IMG/VR virus record: IMGVR_UViG_3300017758_000003
Span: 1-64,000 of that record
Direction: 5' to 3' (one strand)
Source of the DNA: a virus
Length of the DNA: 64,000 bases
A program made the position numbers and the translations under genes. Positions within the stretch are counted from its first letter, which is position 1; every line of letters begins with the position of its first letter. Below are positions 49,635 to 59,569 of this stretch, one piece after another. The notes beneath the pieces are model-generated. The model saw only the letters and a list, made by a program, of their open reading frames with translations. It was not told where the DNA came from and searched no databases.

Positions 49635-49797
49635 AAAAACCCTCTTATTTTGAGGGTTTTTCTTCTTGTTTCTTTTCAGGTATTTGAACACCTTTCTTAA
49701 GAGTTTCTTGTTTTACATAATGGTTTTTAGTTGCCGTCTTATGTTTTTCTAAAATCTTTTTTTTGTCCTCGTCGGACATTCCTAATACACTCATATT

Positions 49798-50103
49798 TTA
49801 ATTTTTTAAAATGTTTATTGCTTGTTCTTTCTTGGACTTTAATTCATCACACTTTTCATATTCTTCAGTATCTTCATATATCTCTATAAGTCGATCAACA
49901 ATCTCAAGAAACAATTCTAAATCCGAAGAATAAACAATGATCGACGATGTTATATTATAATGATTTAATATCTCATTGTCAACACTTACAATGAAATTAT
50001 ATATCATTTCAAGTTCTTCCTCTTCATAATTACCAACGTGAAGAACTCTTGTGGCTTGTAGTAGAAAATTTATAGACATTCTCATTTGTAATGAACTAAT
50101 CAT
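49798..50103 (-). CDS. hypothetical protein with UVR-like motif
   Basis: YEDTEEYEKCDELK. Confidence 0.55.
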   Translation of the reverse strand: MISSLQMRMSINFLLQATRVLHVGNYEEEELEMIYNFIVSVDNEILNHYNITSSIIVYSSDLELFLEIVDRLIEIYEDTEEYEKCDELKSKKEQAINILKN

Positions 50104-50422
50104 AACTCAATTGTTTATTCAAGACATTAAAACACTTAATAAACCCGTCGACTTCAATTTCATCTCTTGTTTTACGAGATTCTTGTCTAGGACAAAGGAC
50201 AGTTCCGTCCCCTAATGAGATGGTATATAACCATTGGTGATTACCAAACCTTTCTATTGTTAAGTACACTTTTTGTTTGTCAAAAAAGTAATATAACTTT
50301 TTAGTTTCAAAAAGGTATAGGGTAGAGAGGCCCAATACACCTACATACGGGAACATTACTCCAACGAACCTATCATAGGATTTTGGATATTGTGTCTTTA
50401 TTTTCTTCCAGTTCAACATCAC
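50096..50422 (-). CDS. hypothetical protein
   Basis: 108-aa ORF. Confidence 0.55.
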   Translation of the reverse strand: MMLNWKKIKTQYPKSYDRFVGVMFPYVGVLGLSTLYLFETKKLYYFFDKQKVYLTIERFGNHQWLYTISLGDGTVLCPRQESRKTRDEIEVDGFIKCFNVLNKQLSYD

Positions 50423-50463
50423 TATAAATTACAGATTTTCTTTTTAATTGTATATTTATTAGT

Positions 50464-51060
50464 ATGAATATTAAACTGACAGAGTCTCAACTTATAAATA
50501 TCATCGAAAATGTGGATAAACTGACAGGTGCAGAGAAATTCGCAGATACCGTTGATAAATTAGCCAGTTTATATAAAGATGAATTACCTGATAGTGTCAT
50601 TAATAAAATGATTGATGACGTTGATGGTGCTCACTTCACTGAGGAGGAATTTCAAGTACCACTCAAACAATATAAATTAACAAGTCCCTATGGTCCGAGA
50701 AATATTGGCGGTAATGCAAGTAGAAATCATAAGGGGGTTGATTTGGGAGTACCTTCGGGAACTCCAATTTATTGTCCTGCCGATGGTAAGGTTATAAGAT
50801 CTAAAAATGCTGGTGGTAAATGTGGTGGTTTTTTAAAAATTAAACACACCAACGGTTTTGAAACAAAATATTGTCATTTGACTAATTTTAATATAGTCAA
50901 AAAAGGTCAACAGGTGATAAAGGGACAACTTGTAGGTAAAACAGGTGGTGGACCAAATGACCCGTACAGAGGTAACTCAATGGGACCACACTTACATTAT
51001 GAGGTTTTAAAGGGTGGCACACATGTTGACCCACAAACCATTCACACTACACTTTCTTAA
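50464..51060 (+). CDS. M23 peptidase, putative virion-associated
   Basis: HKGVDL, YCHL, GPHLHYEV; MNIKLTESQL. Confidence 0.85.
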   Translation: MNIKLTESQLINIIENVDKLTGAEKFADTVDKLASLYKDELPDSVINKMIDDVDGAHFTEEEFQVPLKQYKLTSPYGPRNIGGNASRNHKGVDLGVPSGTPIYCPADGKVIRSKNAGGKCGGFLKIKHTNGFETKYCHLTNFNIVKKGQQVIKGQLVGKTGGGPNDPYRGNSMGPHLHYEVLKGGTHVDPQTIHTTLS

Positions 51061-51106
51061 CTTTTTTAATTTTTTACGATAGTTATATGTAATTTTTATT
51101 ACGTAT

Positions 51107-51346
51107 ATGGAAATTATAGAATTTTATTACGAAGAATCTGACCAAACACTCGAAGTTAGATTTTCTACAGAGACAGATGGTGAATATTATAGGTTACTAA
51201 CTCTTAGGTTAGATGAAATACAATACTACGCTCCTACGGTCGTAGATGAACACGATTTAATTGACGGAATAGAATCCGATTTCGTATTGGAAATACTTGA
51301 GACTTATTACTCTGAAAATTCTTTAGGTTCTGAGGAACTTTTGTAA
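51107..51346 (+). CDS. acidic hypothetical protein
   Basis: 79-aa ORF. Confidence 0.6.
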   Translation: MEIIEFYYEESDQTLEVRFSTETDGEYYRLLTLRLDEIQYYAPTVVDEHDLIDGIESDFVLEILETYYSENSLGSEELL

Positions 51347-51491
51347 GACTCAGGTCCGAAATCCCATTATAGTATATTTATCATTTGATCATGGAAAACA
51401 TAATTCTATTGTGTAAATTAATCGGGATATTAGTACTTTTTTGGTTTATTATGAATAGATGGTTTAAGTGGTTAGATAAATAATTAATATA

Positions 51492-51695
51492 ATGGGAATA
51501 AAATTAAAACCAAGTAGTAAAGAATACGTAAGAGATTCAAAAGGGAAAATGACCAATAAATGGACATGGAAACACTATACACCTAGTAATACCTCCACTG
51601 AAGAATTAAAAAAACTTTATGAAAGCCCGAGTCAAAGTAGAAACAAAACCAAAATCAAAAAAGAGTTAATCAAACGAGGAGTTATCAAAGATTAA
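51492..51695 (+). CDS. basic hypothetical protein
   Basis: 67-aa ORF. Confidence 0.6.
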   Translation: MGIKLKPSSKEYVRDSKGKMTNKWTWKHYTPSNTSTEELKKLYESPSQSRNKTKIKKELIKRGVIKD

Positions 51696-51708
51696 CATAT
51701 TTATTGGT

Positions 51709-52080
51709 ATGAGTTTCTTAGAACAAAGGGATAAAGACAGAATTGTTGCATTTATAAGATTCGTTAAAGACGAGTTAGGCATTAAAACCATGCCCTCAAT
51801 CAAACTATTGAATGGTAGAGGAGTCTTGAAGACAACGGCACATTACAATTATTCTCAACCCACGAAAGTTATTAAAGTAAATTCAAAAAATAGACATATT
51901 GTTGATATTATGAGGAGTTGTGCACATGAATTAGTTCATCACTCACAATACGAACAAGGTCTTTTAGACGGTCCCAAACCACCCGACATTGGTGGAAATA
52001 TAGAAGATGAAGCAAACTCAAGGGCGGGACAGTTTATCAAGTTGTACTCGAAGATGGATAGTACAATTTATGATGAATAA
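51709..52080 (+). CDS. zincin-like metallopeptidase
   Basis: AHELVHHSQ ... IEDEAN. Confidence 0.7.
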   Translation: MSFLEQRDKDRIVAFIRFVKDELGIKTMPSIKLLNGRGVLKTTAHYNYSQPTKVIKVNSKNRHIVDIMRSCAHELVHHSQYEQGLLDGPKPPDIGGNIEDEANSRAGQFIKLYSKMDSTIYDE

Positions 52081-52120
52081 AACACCATTCATCATATAAA
52101 CCAATATAATATTTCATAGT

Positions 52121-52327
52121 ATGAAGAAGAAGATGATGGTAATAGCGTTAAGTTCAATATTATTAGTAGGATGTGGGTCCACTAAGGAACTAGACAAATG
52201 TTGCAAAGAAACAACTCAAGAGGAAAACAAAGTAGAGAAAATTGTAAGTAAAGACCCATTGATGAAATTATTAGCGTCTGCCTTAATTATATTCGCAATT
52301 AATACAATTGTGACTGGTGGTCGATAA
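52121..52327 (+). CDS. small lipoprotein
   Basis: LLVGC lipobox. Confidence 0.6.
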   Translation: MKKKMMVIALSSILLVGCGSTKELDKCCKETTQEENKVEKIVSKDPLMKLLASALIIFAINTIVTGGR

Positions 52328-52332
52328 GTGAA

Positions 52333-52707
52333 CTAATTTTCATGTTCAAAGAGTTTATTTACCCTCTTTAATACTCGGTCACATAAAGACCTATAGTTTT
52401 TGTCGTATTGGTAATTACTTTGGTGTACTTTGTTCCCATATAGAATAGTTGCGTGGTTCCTACGAAGTAAACTACCTATTTTTGCGTATGGATAACCGAA
52501 ACGTTCTCTTAGAATGTATGAAAATAGTTGTCTACCTTCAACAATATCTCTTAATCTCGATCTTGAAGTTAATTCTTCAATACTAATCGATCGTTCTTCT
52601 GATATTATTTTTAAAACCATATCGGTGTTAACAATCATTTTTTTGTTCGAAATAATTCTTGCTTTAGTGTTGGGATTTAATCCAACATACAAATACGGAT
52701 GTACCAT
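52333..52707 (-). CDS. DnaA C-terminal (domain IV)-like HTH protein
   Basis: SIEELTSRSRLRDIVEGRQLFSYILRE..YAKIGSLLRRNHATILYG. Confidence 0.75.
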   Translation of the reverse strand: MVHPYLYVGLNPNTKARIISNKKMIVNTDMVLKIISEERSISIEELTSRSRLRDIVEGRQLFSYILRERFGYPYAKIGSLLRRNHATILYGNKVHQSNYQYDKNYRSLCDRVLKRVNKLFEHEN

Positions 52708-52709
52708 TA

Positions 52710-53291
52710 TTAAAATTTATGTAAAGTGATTTCTAAATGTGATTCGATGGCCTTGTCGTATTGGTTACCATCAATTAAAATATTAGTATAGAAAACTTGG
52801 GACGTTAGTTTTAAAACATTTGAAGGCATTGCTCCATAGGTGTCAAGTGAGAATGTATATCTCGTTTTTTCACCCATATAATCAGTTTCAAGAATAGTTC
52901 GTTCTGTACAATATACACATGGAAAATCAATAGGTATCCATTCATCACCTAAACCATCGGTGATTCTTAAGTCATAATAATCGAATTCCCATTGAGTATC
53001 ATCAATATCAAATCTTCTATTAATAATCGTACTTTCAAAATCTTGAGTTAGTAATAGATTACCTTGACTATCGACACCCGTCACATAGAAAGAACCCACA
53101 GACGCTTGATCTTCAGAAGTTACTGTAACTTCACTATCATAGTTTACATTGTCAATAACAACATCAATATCTACAACATCCCACCTACCATTTAAGTTAA
53201 GTTGGGGGTTACTTTCAAGTTCGTATTTTTCACATGATGCGAACAGTAAAACTGTTACTATCCACAAAAATATTGTTCTAAATTTATTCAT
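52710..53291 (-). CDS. lipoprotein (lipocalin-like)
   Basis: LFASC lipobox, LNGRW. Confidence 0.65.
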   Translation of the reverse strand: MNKFRTIFLWIVTVLLFASCEKYELESNPQLNLNGRWDVVDIDVVIDNVNYDSEVTVTSEDQASVGSFYVTGVDSQGNLLLTQDFESTIINRRFDIDDTQWEFDYYDLRITDGLGDEWIPIDFPCVYCTERTILETDYMGEKTRYTFSLDTYGAMPSNVLKLTSQVFYTNILIDGNQYDKAIESHLEITLHKF

Positions 53292-53372
53292 CTCATCTAA
53301 TTTTAAACAAATATAAGTATTTTTTTTGATATCACAACAAATTTCAAAATATTTTTATGATATTTATGTATA

Positions 53373-53600
53373 ATGAGAATAGTAGTAAGTGAAAAACAGT
53401 TAGGTATGCTAGCGTCATACCAGTCTGATCTTGACGAACAAGAATCAGGTGATACAGGTGGTTCAGGAACTACGGCAGGATCTAAAGGACAGTGGGAAAC
53501 AGGGGTATCAAGAGGTCCTGATAACCAAATTGGTCTTACTAAATGGTCTGACATAGTTGGATCTAAAATAAGTAGAGGTAAAGCAAACCCACTATATTAA
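53373..53600 (+). CDS. putative virion protein
   Basis: MRIVVSEKQL; TATTTAT upstream. Confidence 0.6.
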   Translation: MRIVVSEKQLGMLASYQSDLDEQESGDTGGSGTTAGSKGQWETGVSRGPDNQIGLTKWSDIVGSKISRGKANPLY

Positions 53601-53601
53601 G

Positions 53602-54855
53602 ATGGTAGTACAAAGAGACGGTTTAATATTAGAAAGACATAATAGTATGATTAACTATAATGGTCATTCTTCAATTACCAAAGAAAAAAGAAATTATGTA
53701 TTTGAAGCACATCTAACGGTAGACGAGAGATATTTCGTTTTACATGATGAAGTGTTCGATATTCAAGAACAGACGAAATTGGGTAACTTATGGGAGTCTG
53801 TAGATATATTTAAAACGATATTTTCAAATGTACAGGTGGATAACCCCGAATATAAAGAAATTCAAGAAGGATGGGCAAACTTACCTGTATTAGAAAATAG
53901 TGATAATTTATATAAATTAAGAGACTTCCTATTAGAATGGGACTTTTTTGATGATACATGGGTTGGTAGAAAAGTATCTGACGCAGGTACCGCAATAAAA
54001 GACACCGCAAGTGCTGCATGGGATAAAGTTAAGGAAATGGGTGTCGCCATAAGTAAGGGAGATTGGACAGAAATATTAAGTTTATTAGGAAAGGGTGTTT
54101 TATTTATATTAAGAAAATTAAAAGATGCCGCTTATAGTACTATAGGTATTATTGTGGATGCGATACTAGTAGCTACAGGTATTGGTAAAACAGCACAGGT
54201 TGTTGTTTGGGGATTAATCACGGCATTGGATGTATACCAAATTGCAAATAACGATTGGCCCGACGGTGATGATCGTGAACCACTATGGAAATACTTGGAC
54301 TTAGGTTTTGATATTTTAGGATTAACACTCGCAGGGGTTGCCGCTAAAGGTGCACGTGCAGTCTTTAAACCATTATCAGGATTAAGTTCAAAACAAATGG
54401 CGGTAAAGGTTGCAAAGAGTCCAAGAATGAAAAGTTTTATTCAAAAGATGTATAATGGTAGTAAGAAAACTGCAAGTAAATTAAAAAGTATACAATCGAG
54501 AATTGCGAAGAAGTGGCCATCAGGTGCTAAGTTCATCGGTAAGATAATTGGGGGGTTAGCATCAATAGTAAAAAAATTACAATCTTATTTAGGTAGGATA
54601 CTAAGTAAATCTAACTTAAAAGGAGTACAAAAGGGTGTAAAACCAGGAAAAGGTTTCGTACCTACAGTAAAAACAGGTAAAGAGTTTGCCAAGAGGGCGG
54701 CTGTTGCTGGTGGTGTCGCAGGAGGAATCTCCTACGGTGCAGAAAAAATAATCGGGGCTAAGGGTAATCAAGAAGACCCACTTGACTATATTAATAATAC
54801 AGGTAGGGGTCCTGCCTTTGGTGTGGAACTCGATCAGGACGCAATCGATTTATAA
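53602..54855 (+). CDS. putative virion protein with hydrophobic helices
   Basis: Gly/Ala-rich hydrophobic segments, basic C-terminal half. Confidence 0.65.
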   Translation: MVVQRDGLILERHNSMINYNGHSSITKEKRNYVFEAHLTVDERYFVLHDEVFDIQEQTKLGNLWESVDIFKTIFSNVQVDNPEYKEIQEGWANLPVLENSDNLYKLRDFLLEWDFFDDTWVGRKVSDAGTAIKDTASAAWDKVKEMGVAISKGDWTEILSLLGKGVLFILRKLKDAAYSTIGIIVDAILVATGIGKTAQVVVWGLITALDVYQIANNDWPDGDDREPLWKYLDLGFDILGLTLAGVAAKGARAVFKPLSGLSSKQMAVKVAKSPRMKSFIQKMYNGSKKTASKLKSIQSRIAKKWPSGAKFIGKIIGGLASIVKKLQSYLGRILSKSNLKGVQKGVKPGKGFVPTVKTGKEFAKRAAVAGGVAGGISYGAEKIIGAKGNQEDPLDYINNTGRGPAFGVELDQDAIDL

Positions 54856-54878
54856 CATATTTATATATAAAATTAAAA

Positions 54879-57086
54879 ATGAAATTATTAGACGTATTAA
54901 CCGAAAGTAATAAAGAAGTTGAAGAACAACTACAAGGTATTCTTAGAGGTGCCGCGAAAAACATATCTAAAGTAAAGGGAGCTATAGATGATGTTGTAAA
55001 ATTTGCACTTAATTCAGGTCAAGTTATTAAAAATGTAGATGGTGTTGCATTAGCAACATCTGATGACATTATAAAAGCGATGAAAGCGGGAACTTTAGGT
55101 TCTACGGGAGCATCTCAATTAGCATCTGGATTACTCAAATCAAACAGGTTACCTAAAGACATACAAAGAACATTAGTTAATGAAATTGCTGCGGGGTCTA
55201 AATTTCAGAAAGTCGTTGGTAGTGTTAAATCTGAGAAAGCATTAAAAACAAGACTCAGTAAAAAAGGTTATACTGCAGAGACTATCGAACTTATGATTGG
55301 TAGGGCTAAAGACCAAAAGATTGGTCCTTTTGCAGTAGTAAGTAAGGTTAAACCTAAAGTAAAGACAACCACAACAAAGAAAGCCACAACGACTACCAAA
55401 GCAACCACTACCAAGGCAGCAACAACAGGTACGAGTACAGTAAGTAAAAAATTAGATGATATTCTTGCCGCCCTAACGGGTACCGCTAAGAAGTCGGGTC
55501 AGGGTCAAAGAATATTAAAGTCTGCAAATAGATGGAAAAATTCTAAACTTGGAAAAGGTTTAGTTGGTGTTGTTACGAGAGTTGGATCTTTTGCACTCAT
55601 CAAGAATTTACTATGGTTATTACTAATTGCGGGTGTTGGAGGATACATTATTTCAAAAATGTGGAAAAACTTTTGGTCTGAGGGAGATCCAATCCCATCT
55701 GATGACGATTTGATACCAGTAAACGATTGGCTTGAATGTATTGTAACACCTTTAGGTGATGACGCAAATGCAGAGATCATCGAACAAAATGGTGTAGCAG
55801 TAAAATATAAAATTGATAAGTTTGGTGGTAAAGAAACAGGTGGTCATGTAATTTTCACACCTGACTATAGAGTGAAGGCGGCGAACGGTATTGAAGGTAC
55901 TTGGTCTTGTAACCAAACAGGTTTAGAGGAATCAATCAATGAACAAGGATTAAGTGGAATTGGTGATTCAAACTCATCTAATTCAAACTCATCTAATTCA
56001 GATTCATCTAAAATTGAGATATCAGCGAAAGATATGAGTAGAGCCATAGACAGTATTGAAGACAACTTAAGTGGTGATTATTTAGAATCAGATTCTACAG
56101 ACCTTAAAGACGCTTATAATATCGTAAAAGGTTTACAAAACAGATCATATAAAGGTAGAGATGCCATACGTGTACTTATTAAGAATTACCCAAAAATTAA
56201 GGGTAAAGAATTAGGTACTCACATATTAGAACTTGAAAACTTAGATTTTGAAGCAACTGAAATAAGAGACGAACTTTTAAGTTTACTTGGATATTCAGTA
56301 GAAAAAAGTGGTGGTAACGATGATTCATCTAATAAGAAAGGTGATTCTGATGGTGGTGATGGAAACCCTAAAACAGGTTTATCACATATTACAGTTGTAT
56401 GGGATGGTAAAGATGGTGGAGGAAAAGGAAAAGGTATTAAGTATGTACCATGTGATAGTTTCCCATTCAAGATCGGATGTATCAGTGATAAAATTAAAGA
56501 CGTTCAAAAATGTGCTGGTGATTTAAAGGTGGATGGTTATTATGGACCAAAGACTGATGCAAGACTTGCCAAAGTTATAATTGGTTATTCTAAAACAATT
56601 ACAAAAAAGAGTTATGATAAAATAACAAAAGAATGTAAAGGTAAAAAGTCTGACGGTGTTACTAAATTGAAGGCAGTTGATCCTGTAAAAAAGAGAGAGA
56701 AACTTACTAAGATCACACCATTAGAAATACAACCTATTGTATTACCAAAATTAGACATAGAAAAAATGATCAAGGTTCATGGACCTGAGAAGTTAGAGAA
56801 TTACATTCAAAAAACTATTGACGGTAAACGAATAAAAGATATCATTGATAATGAGGTAAAATTCAGAGGTGGAAGGTTCATATTGAAATTGAAAGAAGAA
56901 CTTACTGAGAAACAGTTAAAGGCAATAAATTACTATTTTGCATCAAAAGGTTTCAGTTTAGATAAAAAGAAAGAAACCCTTAAACAAGGAAAGTATGTTT
57001 GGAAGGCGGAGACATCAACCGCAAGAAGAATTGCAAGAAAGGAATTATCAATTGAGAAACTAAAAGACAAGCAAAATGAAAATTAA
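54879..57086 (+). CDS. large putative virion protein (TM, low-complexity, PG-binding-like motif)
   Basis: MKLLDVLTE; TM LLWLLLIAGVGGYII; LKVDGYYGPKT. Confidence 0.7.
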   Translation: MKLLDVLTESNKEVEEQLQGILRGAAKNISKVKGAIDDVVKFALNSGQVIKNVDGVALATSDDIIKAMKAGTLGSTGASQLASGLLKSNRLPKDIQRTLVNEIAAGSKFQKVVGSVKSEKALKTRLSKKGYTAETIELMIGRAKDQKIGPFAVVSKVKPKVKTTTTKKATTTTKATTTKAATTGTSTVSKKLDDILAALTGTAKKSGQGQRILKSANRWKNSKLGKGLVGVVTRVGSFALIKNLLWLLLIAGVGGYIISKMWKNFWSEGDPIPSDDDLIPVNDWLECIVTPLGDDANAEIIEQNGVAVKYKIDKFGGKETGGHVIFTPDYRVKAANGIEGTWSCNQTGLEESINEQGLSGIGDSNSSNSNSSNSDSSKIEISAKDMSRAIDSIEDNLSGDYLESDSTDLKDAYNIVKGLQNRSYKGRDAIRVLIKNYPKIKGKELGTHILELENLDFEATEIRDELLSLLGYSVEKSGGNDDSSNKKGDSDGGDGNPKTGLSHITVVWDGKDGGGKGKGIKYVPCDSFPFKIGCISDKIKDVQKCAGDLKVDGYYGPKTDARLAKVIIGYSKTITKKSYDKITKECKGKKSDGVTKLKAVDPVKKREKLTKITPLEIQPIVLPKLDIEKMIKVHGPEKLENYIQKTIDGKRIKDIIDNEVKFRGGRFILKLKEELTEKQLKAINYYFASKGFSLDKKKETLKQGKYVWKAETSTARRIARKELSIEKLKDKQNEN

Positions 57087-57726
57087 TATAGATAACTTAG
57101 TTAAACAGACCTTAAATGAGAGGTACGAATTAAATAATAAATTCAAACTCATTTTAGAGAATGAAGAAACTAACGACGATGGTAAGTTTGATGATGTTGT
57201 GGATGCACTTGCCGATTTAGAAGGAATGGGTAAGAGTGATGATGAAATCGAAGGTTCTTTAGATGAAGGTATTACTGATTTCTTATCTCAGTATATTTCA
57301 CCAGGTGGTGACAACGCATCTGATTCCGAAGGTAATTCTTTATCAAAGGGGGATCTGAAAAATAAAGTTAGTAGTGGTTTAATGTCACAAATACGTGAGT
57401 ATATTATTAGAAAACTATTAGGTATGGTTGGATTCACTGGTGATTTACGTGATGCTGTAGCAGCTGCACTTGCAGATTTAAATTTGGGTGATGTATTAAT
57501 TGTGTTCAAAGGACAAGAAAGTTGTAAAAAACATGGAGATAAATTAGCCGATGCATTTATGGAAGGATTATTTGTATATGTTTCGGGTGGTGCAGAAAAA
57601 AATTCAGCAGCAGCCAACTTCCTAAGACAGGTTGGTGGTGAGTATTTGAAAGGTACTAACTTTGGGGAGATGTTGGCAGATTCTATCTGTGGTATGAACC
57701 TTAGAAGTAAGTTGAAAGTTAATTAA
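57076..57726 (+). CDS. putative virion protein
   Basis: TLNE, ILE, LDE motifs; operonic. Confidence 0.65.
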   Translation: MKINIDNLVKQTLNERYELNNKFKLILENEETNDDGKFDDVVDALADLEGMGKSDDEIEGSLDEGITDFLSQYISPGGDNASDSEGNSLSKGDLKNKVSSGLMSQIREYIIRKLLGMVGFTGDLRDAVAAALADLNLGDVLIVFKGQESCKKHGDKLADAFMEGLFVYVSGGAEKNSAAANFLRQVGGEYLKGTNFGEMLADSICGMNLRSKLKVN

Positions 57727-57807
57727 CATTCACAAAAAAATCTGTTCAAAAAAATGTTAAATACCCTGTTGATTCGGGGTATTTTTTTTATCTAAAAGAT
57801 ATTTATA

Positions 57808-57917
57808 GTAAGAGATTGGGATTTTGGTCGATCCACAATTGATAAACGAGAACAAAACAAAAGGAGGTGTAATCTAATATCTCGGCAAAGGGGTCATATG
57901 ACCTCTTTGTTCGTTTT
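57808..57917 (+). ncRNA. putative late small RNA 1 (contains AAAGGAGGTGT)
   Basis: TATTTAT at 57800-57806, 5' hairpin, G-U-containing terminator hairpin 57883-57911, no ORF. Confidence 0.55.
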
Positions 57918-57970
57918 ACACTTCAGAGTTTAGCATAAAAAAAATGAACCATTTTCACAGTTCATTTTAG

Positions 57971-58353
57971 TGGAGGTGGAGGGTTTCGAACCCTCGTCTT
58001 GCTAGTCCCAACTATAGAGGACTACACGTTTAGGATAGTATTTTCTAATACTCCAAAATTTGATGACCATTTTTTAACTATTGTGATCAACACCCAATAG
58101 ACCATTCGATTTTGGGTTCAATGGTAATCCACCTTTTTAGGAGTTTCTGTTTCTAGGTATTTCACTCTCTAACCCATTGTAGTAATAACCTTAGGATACT
58201 GCTACTTTAGAATCAACAGATACTAGACCCATTAATTCCATTTGTGAATAAACGTCTCCGTTTAAAAATATTCTCCATAGATTTAAGTGATAGGAAACAT
58301 CTCACTACGTGCCCTGTTATAATTGATTACTCCAATCAATTCCAGTCACCCCC
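57971..58353 (-). ncRNA. ssrA: tmRNA
   Basis: 5' GGGGGTGACTGGAATTGA; 3' GACGAGGGTTCGAAACCCTCCACCTCCA; G3-U acceptor wobble; 383 nt; tag frame 58259-58191. Confidence 0.9.
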
Positions 58354-58355
58354 AA

Positions 58356-58535
58356 TTATTTTACCTCTTTTATAAGATCTTTTGTTGGTTTCTTAGGTGA
58401 TTTTGGTTTAGAACCACCACCTGATGTCTTTTTTCTTGGTTTTCTGTTTGGTTTTGGTTTAGAAACCACTACAGGTTTCACCTCTTCCTTTTTGATACCA
58501 AAGAGTTTTTTAAAAAAGTCGATAATTTTTTTCAT
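58356..58535 (-). CDS. small Lys/Pro-rich protein (59 aa)
   Basis: MKKIIDFFKKLFGIKKEEVKP...; TATTTAT upstream. Confidence 0.6.
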   Translation of the reverse strand: MKKIIDFFKKLFGIKKEEVKPVVVSKPKPNRKPRKKTSGGGSKPKSPKKPTKDLIKEVK

Positions 58536-58589
58536 AATTTTAGTTTGTTTTTAGATAAATATACTGTTATATGTGTTAATTGTAAATCT

Positions 58590-59315
58590 TTATTTTGTTG
58601 GTACATACTCGACTATTGAGGGAGACTCAGTGTTAATAGGGTTTTCACCTTGACAATTTAGTGGAAAATGTTTCTCATATAACGCCTCAAAAAATAGTTT
58701 GTTTTTTAACCATTTTTTATCAGTTTCACCAATAGACTTATGATAGAGTTTAATTTTAGTTGTTACACCAATCTTTATACCTTCAATATAATTTAAAAGA
58801 CATATTGGTAGATCATAAAAGTGAAACCCTTCAAATTGAGGGTCAAAGTTATGTTTAATTCTTTTTTTATGTACCATCATAAATAACCCGTCAATTACTA
58901 CGACATCTTTGATTGTGTCCCCAAACGATTTAGAATAATTAGACATGTATTTTTTTGGTCCATTGATATGACCCACCTGACCTTGCATTGATTCTCTATC
59001 TTTCCACCATTGTCCTGAAATAAGTTTATCTGTTCCCGCAATTCCTAAAATACCATATTCGGGATTTTTGTTAAACAACTTTAAGATTTTAGGTGTAATG
59101 TTTTTGGTTTCAAACTCTAAATCATCATGAATGAATACAACAACATCGTTTGATGATTTTTCTAATCCTTCGTTATATATGTCTGATAAAGATCTTTCAC
59201 CATTATTTTCATAAACCAAATATTCATTTTTTGGGTGTGAGAAAAACTTCTTTACATGACTTAAATAATCTTGATCTATTTTTCTTGTTGAGTAAACTAC
59301 GGTAATTGTATTCAT
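58590..59315 (-). CDS. GT2-like glycosyltransferase
   Basis: YNEGL, VFIHDDL, GILGIAG, IDGLFM, FHFYD. Confidence 0.75.
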   Translation of the reverse strand: MNTITVVYSTRKIDQDYLSHVKKFFSHPKNEYLVYENNGERSLSDIYNEGLEKSSNDVVVFIHDDLEFETKNITPKILKLFNKNPEYGILGIAGTDKLISGQWWKDRESMQGQVGHINGPKKYMSNYSKSFGDTIKDVVVIDGLFMMVHKKRIKHNFDPQFEGFHFYDLPICLLNYIEGIKIGVTTKIKLYHKSIGETDKKWLKNKLFFEALYEKHFPLNCQGENPINTESPSIVEYVPTK

Positions 59316-59342
59316 GTAGTAATAATAAATAAAAAACTACAA

Positions 59343-59531
59343 TTAATCAACTTCTTTTTTCTCCTCGATAAGTTTATTAAGTTCTTCTTGTGTGAAAGTT
59401 ACTGCAAGATTCATATCCCAATCCTTATCAGACTCTGAAAATCTTTTTTCTACTCTCTTTCTTAATATGGACAAAACTCCGAGGTCATGTGCTCGATGGT
59501 ACAATTCTTCATAAAAATCACTATTTGTCAT
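59343..59531 (-). CDS. hypothetical protein
   Basis: 62-aa ORF. Confidence 0.5.
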   Translation of the reverse strand: MTNSDFYEELYHRAHDLGVLSILRKRVEKRFSESDKDWDMNLAVTFTQEELNKLIEEKKEVD

Positions 59532-59569
59532 TGAACTAGTTTTTAAGTGTTTTATAAATACATCAAAAA

